A stretch of DNA of 64,000 nucleotides from Zootoca vivipara (GCF_963506605.1 NC_083287.1:46686001-46750000); one strand, 5' to 3'. Shown: positions 1-13,415, counted from the first letter of the stretch. The notes: generated by a model not told the origin, from the sequence alone. Numbers and translations: made by a program.

Positions 1-790
1 CTGACATAATACCTGCTACTACAGCCATTAAGGAGCACCAAATGGCAGCAGGATCCAATGAACAGCCTGTTTTCCAACATACAAAAGTATTTTAATAGGA
101 AAATTTCCACCAAAATACTCTGAAGTCTTCAACCAGAAAACTCCATTACATAAATGGGAACAAATTGTGTAAATTTGAAATATATGTGTAATGTTTTAAT
201 ATATTTATCTGCTTCAAATAAGAGAGAGAAGAGAAACAGAGCTCAGAATAAGATGAACATGAGAGTTCAGGAGCTGTACCTCCTGACCACCTTCACATTT
301 TAGTAGTTTCTGAGGATGTGTACACTTGTGAAGAAATCCATGACCTGGAGCACAGAAGGAAGATTGCTACTTCCCCTCCCTTCCTGTACGGTCTATTTCT
401 TTTGAACAGGTTATACTCCTCAATTCTTACATTCTAGTCATGACTCATCTCACCATGTTTCAGTAATGCCTGCTAGGTATATTTGCCATCCTATATTAAA
501 GTTCCAATTTGTCTTGCTTGTTTCCCATACTTTGTGCATTAGTATAGAGATAACTGAAATCATGAGTCATTCCCTCCAGCCGCTTACTTCTTGTAGTTTC
601 TTGCCCTTTGGCAGATTTCTGGAGCACCACCTCAGTTTCCTGTGCACCAATGAAGCTATTATCCCTAGTACCATATGTTCTTCTGCTGTCAGTAATGTTG
701 TCTCTCTCCCTCAGGATCTAGTTTAAAGCTCTCCTGAGCAGGAAGATTGAGAGTTTATGGGTAAAAATTGTAGGAGAGACAAACAACAAA

Positions 791-820
791 GTCCCTTCCA
801 ACTCTACAACTCTATGATTC
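791..820 (+). mobile_element. CR1 LINE 3'-terminal fragment
   Basis: gtcccttccaactctacaactctatgattc resembles the CR1 3' end and (ATTCTATG) tail. Confidence 0.6.
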
Positions 821-827
821 CAATGTA

Positions 828-1052
828 CAGTCGTACCTTGGTTGTGAAATGGATTCCGTTCCAGAAGTCTGTTTGACAACCAAGACATGGCTTCCGATTG
901 GCTGCAGGAACTTCCTGCACGCAATCGAAAGCCGCATTGGACATTCGGCTTCCAGAGAACGTTCGCAAACCGGAACACTCACTTCCAGGTTTGTGGCGTT
1001 CGCGACCCAAAGCGTTCAACTCGCAAGGCGTTCGGGATGCAAGGTATGACTG
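828..1052. mobile_element. Tigger/pogo-like MITE
   Basis: TIR CAGTCGTACCTTG / CAAGGTATGACTG (12/13), with TA on both sides. Confidence 0.85.
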
Positions 1053-3080
1053 TATATATTATGTCCATATATTAAAAATAAGGATGAAGCCAGTTGAAAG
1101 ATAGTCAGGGTTGTGTGTAGTGTTTGACGTGCTGACCTTTGATTTGGGCAGGGGGTGGTTTCCAATTGCTGATTATTAGGCCCATCATCATCTCTCAACC
1201 TCTTCTACGTTACCGTAAGTTCCTTGCAGGAAGGGTATGATACAAATGTGTGAACATGGAAGGTATTAGTGTTCCCTCAGTATCGCTTCTTCCTCTGGAA
1301 ATGGATATATTATAAACTCACCCAGACCATGAGGGTTAAACCAAAATGCTTCTATAAATAAAATTTCCCATTCCCCCCCCCCCAATTATTCAAAGAACAT
1401 TTTTTTTAAAAAAAAACCCTCAAATTATTCAGCTAAAACTTGTGGTGTTGACAGCAGAGCTTGTTTGGTTGTTCCCACCTTGGATTATTGCTCTGCAGCT
1501 GTCTGAAATGCAGATTAAGTAAGTGCCTCAGGGTGACATGGGAAGATCGGTCTCTTAGCTGGGAATTAATTGAAATCCAAGTCTTCTGAGTCCAGCACCA
1601 CATCTGCTAGGTGTACTCTCTGCTGCTACATTTGACAATTTCTTTGAAAAAGAAACAGGTAGTTTTAATACAACCTGAGCAGTAGGCAATTCACTGGGCC
1701 TTTTGTACTGCCATTCATTTCAACGTGAACTTTATATGTAAACAAAGTAGGAATAAAAAGTTTAAATGGTAGCCTTTACAGCAGTGGTATTATGGTAAGT
1801 CATTTAGGTTCACCCCACATTGCTGCAGCACCATTTAAAGGCTCAGCAACGTATGGGAGTGTGTGATCATGCACATAATTATCACCCAGCAAGTATCAGG
1901 AGCGATGGCTGGGTGGAAAGAACCATTTACAAATGGTCCTGCTCATGTGGTACCAGGCCTTTAAATGTTACAGCTCCTACCCCACTGGTGTAATGCCAAA
2001 GGCACTAATATCCTAGCATTTTTCTTCCTACATTGTCTCCCCATCTTCTGCATATTATAGCTACAACTGAATTTTTGTGAAACTTGGGAACACTTTATAT
2101 CCCATACCTTATCTTCCCATCTAGGATTATCATAACATCTAGGGTTATGTTAATCATTTTTAATTGGTTTTCCATTTCACTCCAAAAAGCTCAGGAAGGA
2201 ATATATGCGATTATCCTACTTTACTCTTGCAACGGCTGAGGCTAAAGGAGAGTGAATATCCATTATACCACACTAAAGGAGAAACTAGCTCCTGTTGAAT
2301 GTTCCACATTACTAAAAGTGAGCGTCACTCAGAATTTTTTAGGCTTTGTCCTAAAAGCACCATGTGGTTACATAGCATACAATTCTGATGACCCTCCTAC
2401 AGGCCAGAATTGTTAATCCTCCTGAGATTCGGTAATCCCTATGCCAGCTGCTTGATGCCAGACTTCTTGCTTCTCTACCACACAAGGGGAAAGATGGCTT
2501 AAGTTTACATTTATCAATGTAGTTTCTTTCCCTGACCACCAAGCAAAATAGGATTCAGTCCACTTTGGTAACTTCATTCTGTTGTTTTTAGTGCAGACAT
2601 TTTGTTCCAAGTTCCAGTGATGCTTAAGGCGACTCACAGAATCTTCTCCCTTCATATGCTAACTATATGGTGTTTGGTGGGGGAAACACAGCAAGAAAAG
2701 AAGTTACCACTTTGCATTGCAATCCTACACTTAAACTGGTTGTGTAAATCTGCAAATATTTACTTTTGTGTGTGTGGTGTTTTATGTAGTTCACAATGTG
2801 AGTAGTGAGAGAGTTTCTTATGTAGGATCTTATGAGTATTTAGTTTAGTCTGTGTGTTTTACACCCCCAGGCCACATGGAAAGGCACGACAAGAGAAATT
2901 GAGACAATGCTAAGGCAAATCAATAGCCTTAACAAAGCAGAGATCACTACTGAAAAATAATGGTTTAATGTAAGCATAAATGGATCCTCACTGTGGTAAA
3001 AAACAAAACAAAAAAAACCCCTAATTTCAGATATGATCTTGAACCCTGGAAAGAGGACAACTGGGTGAATAGTTCTCAAG

Positions 3081-3081
<1 letters not shown>

Positions 3082-3125
<44 letters not shown>

Positions 3126-3126
3126 C
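3082..3126. repeat. (CA)n(TA)n microsatellite
   Basis: Seen directly in the sequence. Confidence 0.95.
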
Positions 3127-3993
3127 ACGCAAACAGCATTTGGGGCAGCTTTACCTTATAGTGCCTATATGAGGACAAAAGGAAAGCTAAACTGGCTGCT
3201 CATGTTCTTAAAAAATGTACAAGCCAGAATACTTGTACGATGCCAACCTTGTAATTATTTTAAGTTACAAAAGATCAGGACACAAACCCTCACTCAAAAA
3301 TATTAATCTAATATGGATTTTGGTTTTTTAGCCCAATGGCAGAAAATGAAAAAATATAGACCCTTCGTGTGTGTGTGTGTTAATAAACTTTAAAGGTGTC
3401 ATGCAGGGGGGTGGGGACCCTACAGCTGTCTGCCTATCTGGCAACCTTGAGCTACTCTTGAGGAGCTTCTGTGCCTGCAAATTTCACCCACTTTTGCCAA
3501 GAGAGTGAATATGGAACACAAATCTTGTTATACACCGAGTGGCTCAGGACTCAAATCACAGACAGACAAGAGCAACCTAGGAACAGATCTTGGGGGGGGG
3601 GGGTTAAAGTAGATTCAAAATGAATCCTGAGGCCAGTCCACACCCCTAATATATACATTTACGAATGAATTTGAAACACTGAGTTAATTGTCAATAATTG
3701 CATTTTGCTGCCTGTCAGCATCAATACAGACATCTTTTAATGATTCTTTATCATTTTTTTCTCAAAAAGTAACTAATGCTAATCAACGCTATCCTTGGCT
3801 TTATTCTTCCTGCGTTTCTGAATGCCAATTCTTGAGCAGCATGCCAAGTCTGCTGAGAGATGACTGTATAATTTTCAATTGGGCTCGTAGCCCAAAGGGA
3901 ATCCAGTAGCAGGAGATTGACAGATGGAGCATACATTATCATCACTTTGAACTCAGTCCAATTGGTGATTTATTTTATTTTTATTTCCGGCAG

Positions 3994-4067
3994 GTGCTAA
4001 AGAGATTGATATTGCTGCTACTCTGGAGCACTTGAGAGACCAGAGACCTGGCATGGTCCAGACAAAG
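3994..4067 (+). CDS. PTPRN2: PTPRN2 (IA-2beta/phogrin) penultimate coding exon, (G)[24 protein letters not shown]
   Basis: 74-nt exon between a T-rich tract ending in CAG (3991-3993) and a GTACTG donor (4068). The translation matches the PTPRN2 C-terminal PTP domain as I recall it. [16 protein letters not shown] distinguishes it from the paralogue PTPRN (GVKE..VRDQRPGLVRSK). Confidence 0.97.
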
Positions 4068-5840
4068 GTACTGTCAATAAATCCACTTGGGTTAAATACC
4101 TTAATACTTTGCTTTAGTTCTCCCAAAAGAAAAGGAGGATAGGGCATAATTTAACACAAAGTCCATTCTTTTGTGTTTGCTTTTTCTTCTGAAAATTCTT
4201 ACTGATGATTTGGATTGAAATGTTAAATATAGCAATCTTTAGATGACCAAAGAAAATATGTGTTTAGAAGAAAATGCTTACCTAATCTTCAAGGATAGGT
4301 TGCTTCCTAAAAAATAATGCAAGTTCACTGAAAATATAGTGACTGTTATCTGAATGGTAGTGTTCATCAAGCATACTTAGGAAGAAGGTTGGAGTTCAAG
4401 ACAAGATTCTCAAGTTATACATTAAGTTGATGGAATATGTCAAAGAAATCATGCATTTGAAAAAGTCTTAAGTAGAAGTACTACTAGGCCACAGGAGTAA
4501 TATAGTACCAGGTATGCATTGGCTTGGACCTAAAAGTTCCTTCTCGTGCTGTGACACTTTTGCTTATGCAAGTGTGAGTCTCCTGTTTTCACCAGTTCCT
4601 TCTTCCTGCTAGCCCACGCTGTTCTCCAAAGGTTTCCCTAATCCTCAAGAGCAGGTTTTTGGAAGTTGGGTAAGGGACTAGGGTAGGAAGTGGAAGGCAG
4701 TAGAGCTCCGTTATTATTTGAGTAGGAAGTATGTTAATGGAAGTCAAGATCACTTCCGGATCACAAGCCATTATCACTTCCGAAATTGATTTTGATAGGA
4801 AAAAACCACTGCTAGGGAGACAGAACAGGTTGAAACAAAAATAATAAAGTTGTGTAATAATAGATTATATACGCAAATTGAATAAGTCGTGCTACGATGG
4901 GAGATCCTCTTTAAAGGTTGTGTGTGTTATTTATGCAATTAGGGTATGATCTAGAATTCTGGTTTATTCTGTTCATTTACGTTTTGCATGTTGTCACAGA
5001 TCGGCTCTGGGCTAAAGCTTTTTTAAAAATGTATTTGAAAGGACTTCATAGTATCAGGCTAAAGTTATTGATGATCTGGTATTTTTAAAAAATATGGATT
5101 CAAGGTTTTGCTCACCTTCCTTTTAACTATCCACCCCCTTGTTAAAATTGCCCAAGTTACTTTGTTGTGCCAAGGACACTGCAAACTCTAAATATTTGGC
5201 TATGAGCCAGTAATGGGCAGTCTCCAGAGAATTTTGTACATGTGATAGATTTAAACAAACCATGTTCTCTCCCAGCTGAATACAAATAAGGGATGAGCCT
5301 CTTGCAGTAATTTAAAACAGTGGATTAAAAATCAGGATAGAAATGCCAATTAGAGTGTATCTCTAGGCAAAATAAACAGCAGTGACATTGGGTTTACAAG
5401 CAGACACTGCACCATGTTTTCATAGCTCACTGGTTGATGGAAATGATCCCTTTTAGTATGTTTTTTTAATAAATAAAAAATCATGACTGTCTTCCCTATA
5501 TTTGGGGTCTAGAAGTTACAGGGGAGACACTTAGCAATCCACATAAAATGAACACACATTTTCTCCTTAAATTTATATCCCACCTTTCCTTCCGTTACGA
5601 AGCCCAAAGTGGTGCATTTATGGTTTCCAAGTAGTCTCTCAATTATGGTTGTAAATTTTTTAGTGATTATGTTATGTACATCTGGATCCTGGTGATAAGG
5701 ATACACATACACATAGGCATCTGGTTAAATACGTACATGTAGAATCTTGGAACTGAGCTGCTAGCATGCATTTCCCAGAGTTTAAGTAGTAAAACCTCTG
5801 AAAATCTTGTGACAGAGTTGCACAATAATTGGCCTAAAAG

Positions 5841-5973
5841 AGGGCTGAGAACGCTGCACACCCCCTCCAGATGATGGGATATTCCCATCAGCTCTGACCA
5901 CTGACCATGCCAGGTATGGTTGATGGAAGTTGTAGTCCAGAAATATCTGGAGAACCGTAGGTTCCTCAGCCCT
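5841..5973. mobile_element. Degenerate hAT-type palindromic MITE (ctccagatg...catctggag family)
   Basis: Similar to the intact copies at 31873, 54996 and 62578. Confidence 0.7.
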
Positions 5974-6009
5974 ATTCTATAATCACCCGGTGTTGAAACT
6001 AGGAGAGTG

Positions 6010-6185
6010 TGGACAGATCTACACTATACATTTAAAGCTCATCTAATGCACATAGCTTCCCCCAAAGAATCCTGGGAACTGTAGTTTGTTGGGAATTATA
6101 GCTCCGTGAGGAGGAAACCACAGTTCCCAGGATTCTTTGGAGGAAAGTCATGTGTTTAAAATGTGCATTGGGTGTGCTTTGTATC
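6010..6185. mobile_element. Palindromic MITE, possibly PIF/Harbinger-like
   Basis: Inverted arms ccaaagaatcctgggaactg / cagttcccaggattctttgg. Related partial copies lie at about 49661-49750 and 51995-52080. Confidence 0.6.
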
Positions 6186-6205
6186 TCAGGTGGAGGGAAA
6201 GTCCT

Positions 6206-6435
6206 TGTGGTGTGTAGTGGTTAGAGTGTCACTCTACAACCTGGGAGACCAGGGTTCAAATCCCCACTCAGCAGTGAAGCTCACTGAGTGGTCTTGGGGC
6301 CAGCCACTGCCTCTCAGCCTAACATACCACACATGGCAGTTGTGGGGATTAAATGGGGAGGGGGAGAACCATGTACGCCACCTTGAGTTCCTTCAATAAA
6401 AAGGTGGGATATAAATGCAGTAATAAATTAAATAA
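6206..6435 (+). mobile_element. tRNA-derived SINE with MIR/L2-type tail (Squam3-like)
   Basis: A-box-like gtgtagtggttagag, B-box ggttcaaatccc, and tail ...ggtgggatataaatgcagtaataaat. Confidence 0.8.
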
Positions 6436-6828
6436 CTGGGCTGCTCTCATTGATTATATTAGGTCTGAGGTATGTTTCCTATGTTACTCTCCCTGTTTCC
6501 TGTGCTTTGCTGTCCAATTTTCCCTTACAAACTGGCAGGATTTCCAGGTTGATCACTGCACACAGGCCATTCATGCAGGCTAATAGCTAGCATTACTAAT
6601 GGTGTTGATGAGTTATTTGTAGTTAAGGTCACTCTGAGCTGCAGTGATTAAGCCACATGGTGGGCACACATTGAGTCTATAATCTTAATCTCAGGACATT
6701 TTCTTCTTTGCCTTTCCCCCCTTTTTCTTTTTGTTCTGTACAGTTAGTCCCTAGATATTGCTAAATGTTTCACCAGGATTATTCCTGGAAATGCTCCAGA
6801 ACATTAATCCCAACTGTTCTATCTACAG

Positions 6829-6900
6829 GAACAGTTTGAGTTTGCGTTGACGGCAGTTGCAGAAGAAGTGAACGCAATCCTCAAAGCTCTTCCGCAGTGA
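6829..6900 (+). CDS. PTPRN2: PTPRN2 last coding exon, [23 protein letters not shown]
   Basis: Follows a ...ctacAG acceptor (to 6828) and joins the previous exon in phase 0. It encodes the conserved IA-2-family C-terminus and ends in TGA at 6898-6900. Confidence 0.97.
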   Translation, partial: EQFEFALTAVAEEVNAILKALPQ

Positions 6901-8875
6901 GCGACTCGTCATCCCCGGAAGGTTCCCAAGGCGCCCGTCTCCCTCTTCCATCCTCCTCGGTCCCTGTGAATGTCATTGGAAACCGTGGCCTGACCTTAAC
7001 TTGTGTGTCTGCTATTGTAACCACATATTGATAGGGATCTTTACAAACTTCTATCACCGGTTAGAAGTCCAGCAGTTAATATATATCCTTGTTCTTGTTA
7101 GGGTATTCAGAAATAATACACACTTGGCTTAAGAGACAAGAACAATCCCTCTAGTTCCTCTTAACATCCACAATGTTCTGAATCTCATGCGTTAAAAGCA
7201 CATGTACACCTTGTTAATAGAAAATACACCGTGTTGTGGATGCGCAGTGCATTCAGTGTATCTTTGGCAACATAGTGCTCTCTTGTGTATCTGTAAACTT
7301 GTCCAGGACTGAATAAAAGAGGCAGGGGGTCTAATTATTACTTTTTTGGAAGAAGAAGAAAACAAGCATAGGGGTTGTTCTTACAAAGGCCAAGCAAGAT
7401 CAGCGAACAGTGCCACGTGTTAGTAAACACAGCTCCGGCTTCTTGCATAAAGAGGCTGTGCCACTTCATGCTGTGCCTTGGCAAAGGGAACACTTTTCTA
7501 AACAGTTGTTTACTTTTCATCTTCTGTGCAATGAATAGAGGCAAATCTGAGCTCTTAAGTCCAGAGGCCCACACAGTTAGCACAGCTAGGGATGAAAAGT
7601 CGGTCACGTTAGCAGGAGCCCAAGTTTCCAAAGAGCACACTAAACTTTTTATTATTATTGTGTATCACTGCCCTAACAGGGGGAAAGAAAGGCAAAGTAA
7701 TTGAACTTCACAAGAGGGTTTGAAAGCCCCTGTGTTGGCAAACTGCTGAATGTTGGTTTTCTTTCTTTCTTTTTTTAGAATTAGAAGAGAAATTGCATCT
7801 ATCCTTGTGTTTATATCTCAAGATTAATTTACCTTTTTAAAGAATTCAAAAGTGCATGCTTTTTTAAATACAAGTAAAGAGATTTTTTTAGGAGCTTTAG
7901 GTCATATCTGATTGAATTGCTAGCATAGTTATTCAAAATTATAGCAGGTTCCTTTTTCCACTTCTGTTTCCAAATTTGCAGAATAATTTAAAACCAATAG
8001 TTGTTGCCTTTAGTTCTTAATCCACTTACAAGTAGCCTTATTTTACATTATGTTACTTGCACATAAGTGCTTTTAGGATTGTTGTCTTTTACTATAAAAC
8101 TGTCCAATAATTCCCTTTTAAACATAAGAGGGAGCGATCCTGCCTCCTCCTACTGCACATGCAAAGCTGCAAAGAAGGAGGCTTCCATGCCCCTGGCATT
8201 TGCTGATTTCAGTTTGCTGATTGAAACGTGCTTTTGCAGGAAACATCTTCATTTGCTTGAGCTTTGAATTAAAGAAGATTACTTGAATTACTGTGTAGTA
8301 TGCTAGCTATTAATTATTTGTTTCCATGCTTCTAGCACTTAACTGTGGATCTCAATCTGAGGTGTATGTCTGTAAATTTCTGTACAGTTATGTTTTGTTT
8401 TAAATGTATAATTTGGCTAGAACAGTTAGATCACAGCATCCTGTGAATGAAATCACATGTTTCAATTCTTGAGCACAATCCACCAAGCACAGCTGAAGCA
8501 CACTCTTGTCGGTTTCAATGGGACTTCCATGGCCCAGCCACTAGCCACTACTGCTACGCATCCTGTCTTATTCACACTTGCAAGCCCCACTGAAATATAC
8601 GGAAGATGTGCATTAGCAGCGCTTAGAGGATTAGACTCTTAATCTCCATTGTTTAATGTAAGCATCTATGCGGCCTCCTAGTAATTAAAGAATTGTTTTT
8701 AAAAGCTCCAGATGTGTTAGCTTTCGTGCGTACATTTCTGCACACAGTTCCTGGCACATGGAAAATGTTTGGTTTGCACATTTCATTAGCGTATTATTCC
8801 TGTAGAGCAGTTAAAGCGGACTTTTCTATCCTCTTTGTCTACACCTGCTGTATATTTAGCCACATCTTTTATTCT

Positions 8876-9006
8876 ATCCCCAAACTTTGGCCCTCCAGAT
8901 GTTTTGGACTACAATTCCCATCATCCCTGACCACTGGTCCCGTTAGCTAGGGATCATGGGAGTTGTAGGCCAAAACATCCAGAGGGCCACAGTTTGGGGA
9001 TGCCTG
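8876..9006. mobile_element. hAT-type MITE, left terminal bases missing, in the putative PTPRN2 3' UTR
   Basis: atccccaaac...ctccagatgttttggactacaa...ccaaaacatcc...gtttggggatgcctg. Confidence 0.85.
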
Positions 9007-9040
9007 TTCTATGGCATCAGCACTTTAGAGCTTCTGTAAA

Positions 9041-9046
9041 AATAAA
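9041..9046 (+). terminator. Candidate polyadenylation signal of PTPRN2
   Basis: AATAAA followed about 15-55 nt later by GT/T-rich sequence (gggtgtggtt...ttggttgttttttct). Confidence 0.45.
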
Positions 9047-9311
9047 AATGGAAAGTTTTAGGGTGTGGTTAAGGAAAGGGCCTTTTCATTGGTTGTTTTT
9101 TCTTAACAGGTTTCCTTTATTACTTTAGGAGTTTAGCGAAGGGAAAAAAATCAGTTGGACAGCATCTGCTAGCATTTTGAATTTGATAAATGGTTTGCTA
9201 TGGATTTCTGCACACTCATGCATCAACTCTGACATCAAAGCGTAGATTCCGAAAAGGGAAGCTTGGCATACAGCTCTTTGTTACGAATTTATTCTTGGGG
9301 ATGGTGCATTA

Positions 9312-9400
9312 CAGTGGTCCCTCAGTTTTCGAACGTCTATGTTGACGAACATTTCGAACACAGCTTGGAAGTCGAACATGCCACGTGGTTTCTGTATTGA
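9312..9400. mobile_element. Tigger-like MITE, one end only
   Basis: TA-CAGTGGTCCCTC start with repeated cgaac motifs; no matching right TIR seen. Confidence 0.45.
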
Positions 9401-12400
9401 GTGTCTGGTTATGCTTCCCACTAAAGAGGATTCTGGATATGCCCTTATATCTGTAGTGCACCATGTTGGCCGTCACTCCAGGTCTACATTCAACCAGCTA
9501 TTAGAACTATTCTCAAAACCCACTGAAAGAAAGAAAAGCCAGCTATTTTGTACACTTGTTCCTCACTGAATCTTTAAGGGATCCCAGTTATTGGAAATAA
9601 TAACCAACCTTCCTATCTGTATGAATAGTTTCGACAAGAAAGTTAAAAGTTTTTTTAAAAAACTGAGTAAGCATGCATAGGATTGTGCTGCAAGTCCATT
9701 TTCTTTGTCCTGATCTCCCTTTCCCAGCTCTAGAGGTGCTAAAGTATCCATGATTAAAGTATTCCATACTCTCTTAACCCTGCTGTCCTGTAATGCTGAT
9801 TTATAAGTCCCACTGAAGGCAAGACACTCTACAGAGCAAACGTGTATAATTTGAACTGTAGGCGGTTACTTCTGTTTCTGTTCTGAACCAATTTCAAGCC
9901 TTCTCCCATAGCTCACCAATTGGCTATTCAACCATTTCTTTGAAAGTTTCTAACACAACTCCATGTAAACGCCCTGAATCCTGCAAGACACATGTTCAGG
10001 CACTGTCCACTTTAATCACACTGTGCCCTTTTTTGAGAAAGGGTGGGGTTTTCAATTCTGCCCTATACATTAAGCCCTAAATCTTAAATACATTTGGCAT
10101 GGTTGCACCTGACAGCAGCGGTCATCTGTTTGTTCAATACTGCATGCACAACTCCTAATTCAGTAATCAGAACGGTCTGGAAAACTGGATTACTGAAAGC
10201 AAGTAACTGTCCTGGGTACCAGTTTTGCAGCACTGTATCACTCGTGCACATCTTGATGAACCCAAGAACCCTGCTCAGATGGATCCAGGTTAATATGCCC
10301 AATTGTAAGAGAGTGTCTCATATGGTGCAGTCCAGTGTGCTGAGTTTGTATCTAAGCTGGGTAGCCATAATAGCACTGATTAATATTTTGCACTCAAGAG
10401 GTTGCCTGTGTGATGTTCCTATGGCTGGGCTCAGAAACTGAATCCAGGCTATATAAGAATACAGCAGTGAACTGCTCCACACACACATATATTTGGATCA
10501 GGGTCGTGTACATAGAGTGCCATTCTATTAGAAACATTTGGCCCATCATCAGCAATCCTCTGCCCTTGAATCTATCCATCTTTCATTCCAATGAACTGTG
10601 ATTTTAGAATTTTCACCATTTTAATCTTCTCTGTTCTGGATGTATAACTTAAGTGTTCGTGGTTTGTGTTAATAGCTAATTGAGGGAAAGGAATATCACA
10701 AGCACTCCGATTTTGGGATGAACTGCAGATGAACACCTGAGAAGTTCTGCTTCTTATTATTATATAACTATACTTTTCATCACTGTTTAATTTTCAGTAC
10801 TGCTTTAAATAGTTTAGACTTACAATGGAAGCAAAGACATCTCCTGGAACAGTGATGTCACACTGTTACAATGATATTTAGGTACCTGGCTCACCTCCGG
10901 CAAATCACTGGGTTTTTATTATTCTAATTTCCAGAAAAATTGGTCCATTCCAATTTCAAAAAGGAAGTTCTAAGCTGGGGAGGAAATGCCAACACGCATA
11001 AGCTCCTTTTGTGAGTTCCAGATCACTGGGACAGTTGCTTGTGTTTCATAGGTTGACCTGCTGCAGACATGCTCCCATGGAGATGCTCAGCCTGGCACAT
11101 CATGTGTCCTAAAAACCTGAATAAAGCTTATGGGAATGGGCATTTCCACAGTTGCCAATTGTATGGGGAAGAGCCACGCAATTCATCATTCTCATGCAAT
11201 GCTCAGCCAACTGGGATGGCCTTAGGAAAATGGCTTGTTATGCAGCAGTGCAAGTACAGCACTTCAGTATCCAGGATTTCTTATACACAAGAAGAGGCCT
11301 TCTGGTTCAGACCAAAGGCACATCTAGTCCAATAACCCAAGAGATTAAAAAGTAAGCTCTTCAAAGTTAAATATTAGAGAAGCCACTCTAGCCAATTACG
11401 ACAACATTAACCATAGACAACAATTTCCTTCTATTGTCCATGCACTTCCCATGAAATTTGTGAGGAGGGATTTTATAGCTATCACCAAACCTCCTGATGT
11501 ATAGTTCCATAAAATCCAAATTACAAGGGGCTTGGAGAATAGTCTTCCAACGTTCCAAAAGCCAGCAGATATTCTCCAGGGGCTGCTGGAATGACTGGCT
11601 CTGAATGGGCTGATGTCACAAATAAATGAAACTCAGTCCATACACCAGCCCTTCAGATGAGTGAAATTTAATTCTTCCCCAGCAGTTACTGAAACCCTAG
11701 AGTAAAATGTCCATTGCACGTATTTCCTAAAATAGATGTATAATGCTACTCCAACACATCCCAGAGGAATGACAGCAGGATTGCCTGTAATTTGTGGGTT
11801 TGTGCTTTATTAATCAAGTAGAATGTTAATATAAAACAGCCCAACCTCATAATTACTGGGACAGACATTATTTTTCTTTAAGGAACAAAGCCCGTTTATT
11901 GGAATAGAATTTTGATTAGTTTTTGTTACAGAACAATAGTTACCTTTTTAATTTACGTTACATCTTGCCTATGTGTTTAGGGAACTCTCTTAGTGAACAT
12001 GTTTATGATGATTCACTTTTTTAAAATGTATAGTTGCTATTACTTTGCTTTGCAAACTGTTGGCTATGCCTTTATGCTTAAAACTTCATGTGGCATTTTA
12101 AAAACATTTCATCATTTAGGCCGTTTGTAAAAATCTAATAGCTGAACAAAAAAATGGAATGTGTGAGGCTGAAAGCACAATCCTATACATGCCTATTGCA
12201 GACCGAGTCCCACTGACCCAAGGCAATTTATTCCCTGTCAGTCTGTAAAGAATTGCAGCTTTAATCTAATTAAAAGCTTGGCAGATTTCCCCTTAGTTAC
12301 CTCCTTCTAACAAAACATTAACACCAGCAGGATTTTATCTGACAATGGGTGTGATCCACCAAGTATGGACCACTTCCACGCATTTCAGTGTGACTTTGGC

Positions 12401-12440
12401 AGAGTCCCAGTGGGGTTCTGTGAGAGCAGTCATTTTAGTG

Positions 12441-12564
12441 CATGGGTGGGAAGAACCTGTGGCCCTCCAGGTGTTGCCGGACTACAACTCCCACCATCCC
12501 TGACCGTTGGCCATACTGGCTAGGAGTTGGAGTCTTCCAAGAGGCCATAGGTTCACCATCCCTG
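12441..12564. mobile_element. Degenerate hAT-type MITE
   Basis: ggccctccaggtgttgccggactacaactccc core with inverted ends gaacctgtggcc / ggccataggttc. Confidence 0.65.
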
Positions 12565-13164
12565 TTTTTAGTAGATCACTCCTGGTATCCCTCTGCATGG
12601 TGTTTGTACTGTATCCATCCAATCACATAACTTGTTTGGTCTTTGAAAAGTTTCTCTTGCTCAGTTAAATATATTAGATATGTATATAATTAAAGCAAAA
12701 ACAAAAAATAGAATACAAAGTATTTTGTTCTACCTCTGTTAAAAAAAATCACTTGTGAATAAAGTTATGCTGGAGTTATGTGACTACTGCAAAAAAGAGA
12801 GAGAGAAAGGTCTGGTGTTCTGTTTCTAAAGCAGAGGGGTGGCTTGAAGATGGGGAAGTAGGCTCAAAGGTTCTGGAACTCTTCTTACCCTACAAGACTC
12901 TCTACAACTCTGCCCCCACCAGCTAAATATTTCCTTCCCTTAACACTGCCATTTACATCCATCTCTGCTGGTCCTGATAGCCCAGAATGCTTCCCCATGA
13001 TTCTACAGATGGACACAGATGTATGCAGTTTTGAAGAAGGTGGCCTTTTTTAAAAAAAAAACCCAGTGCATATGCAAATACTATAAGGGAGGAAGAGACT
13101 GAGCCTGGAACTGGGCACCAGCAGCCACTAGGAAAAGCAAGAGTGCAAGCTGAGTATTAATGGG

Positions 13165-13415
13165 GAAGACTCTGTGGCAGAGAATCAGCTTTGCACAGAA
13201 GGTCCCTGGTTCAATTCCCAGCCTCTCCAGGTTAAGCCGGGAAAGACTCCTGCCTGAGACCATAGCTGCCAAGTTCTCCCTTTTTTTAAGGGAAATTCCA
13301 TTATGCTGAATAGGCTTCCTCACGAGAAAAGGAAAAACTTGGCAGTTATGCCTGAGACCCTGGAGAACTACTGTCAGTCTGTGTAGACAATACTGTGCTA
13401 GATGGACCAGTGTAT
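13165..13415 (+). mobile_element. tRNA-derived SINE with CR1-type 3' part, interrupted by a mini-MITE
   Basis: B-box ggttcaattccc and ...agacaatactgtgctagatggacca. Related copies lie near 30197 (+) and 56292 (-). Confidence 0.7.
13261..13350. mobile_element. 90-bp mini DNA transposon (CATAGCTGCCAAGT termini; hAT- or P-like)
   Basis: TIR catagctgccaagtt / aacttggcagttatg; perfect 8-bp TSD cctgagac (13253-13260, 13351-13358). Confidence 0.9.

Larger units (their letters stand above)
6901..9065 (+). other. PTPRN2: Probable PTPRN2 3' UTR (3' end uncertain)
   Basis: AT-rich sequence after the stop codon. AATAAA at 7312-7317 and 9041-9046; ATTAAA at 8268-8273 and 8684-8689. Confidence 0.55.

Noticed and set aside
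1-6828. miR-153 hairpin (known intronic miRNA of PTPRN2) and earlier PTPRN2 exons
   Set aside because: I did not find TTGCATAGTCACAAAAGTG or the preceding SDGAGR.. exon by eye; they probably lie upstream of the window.
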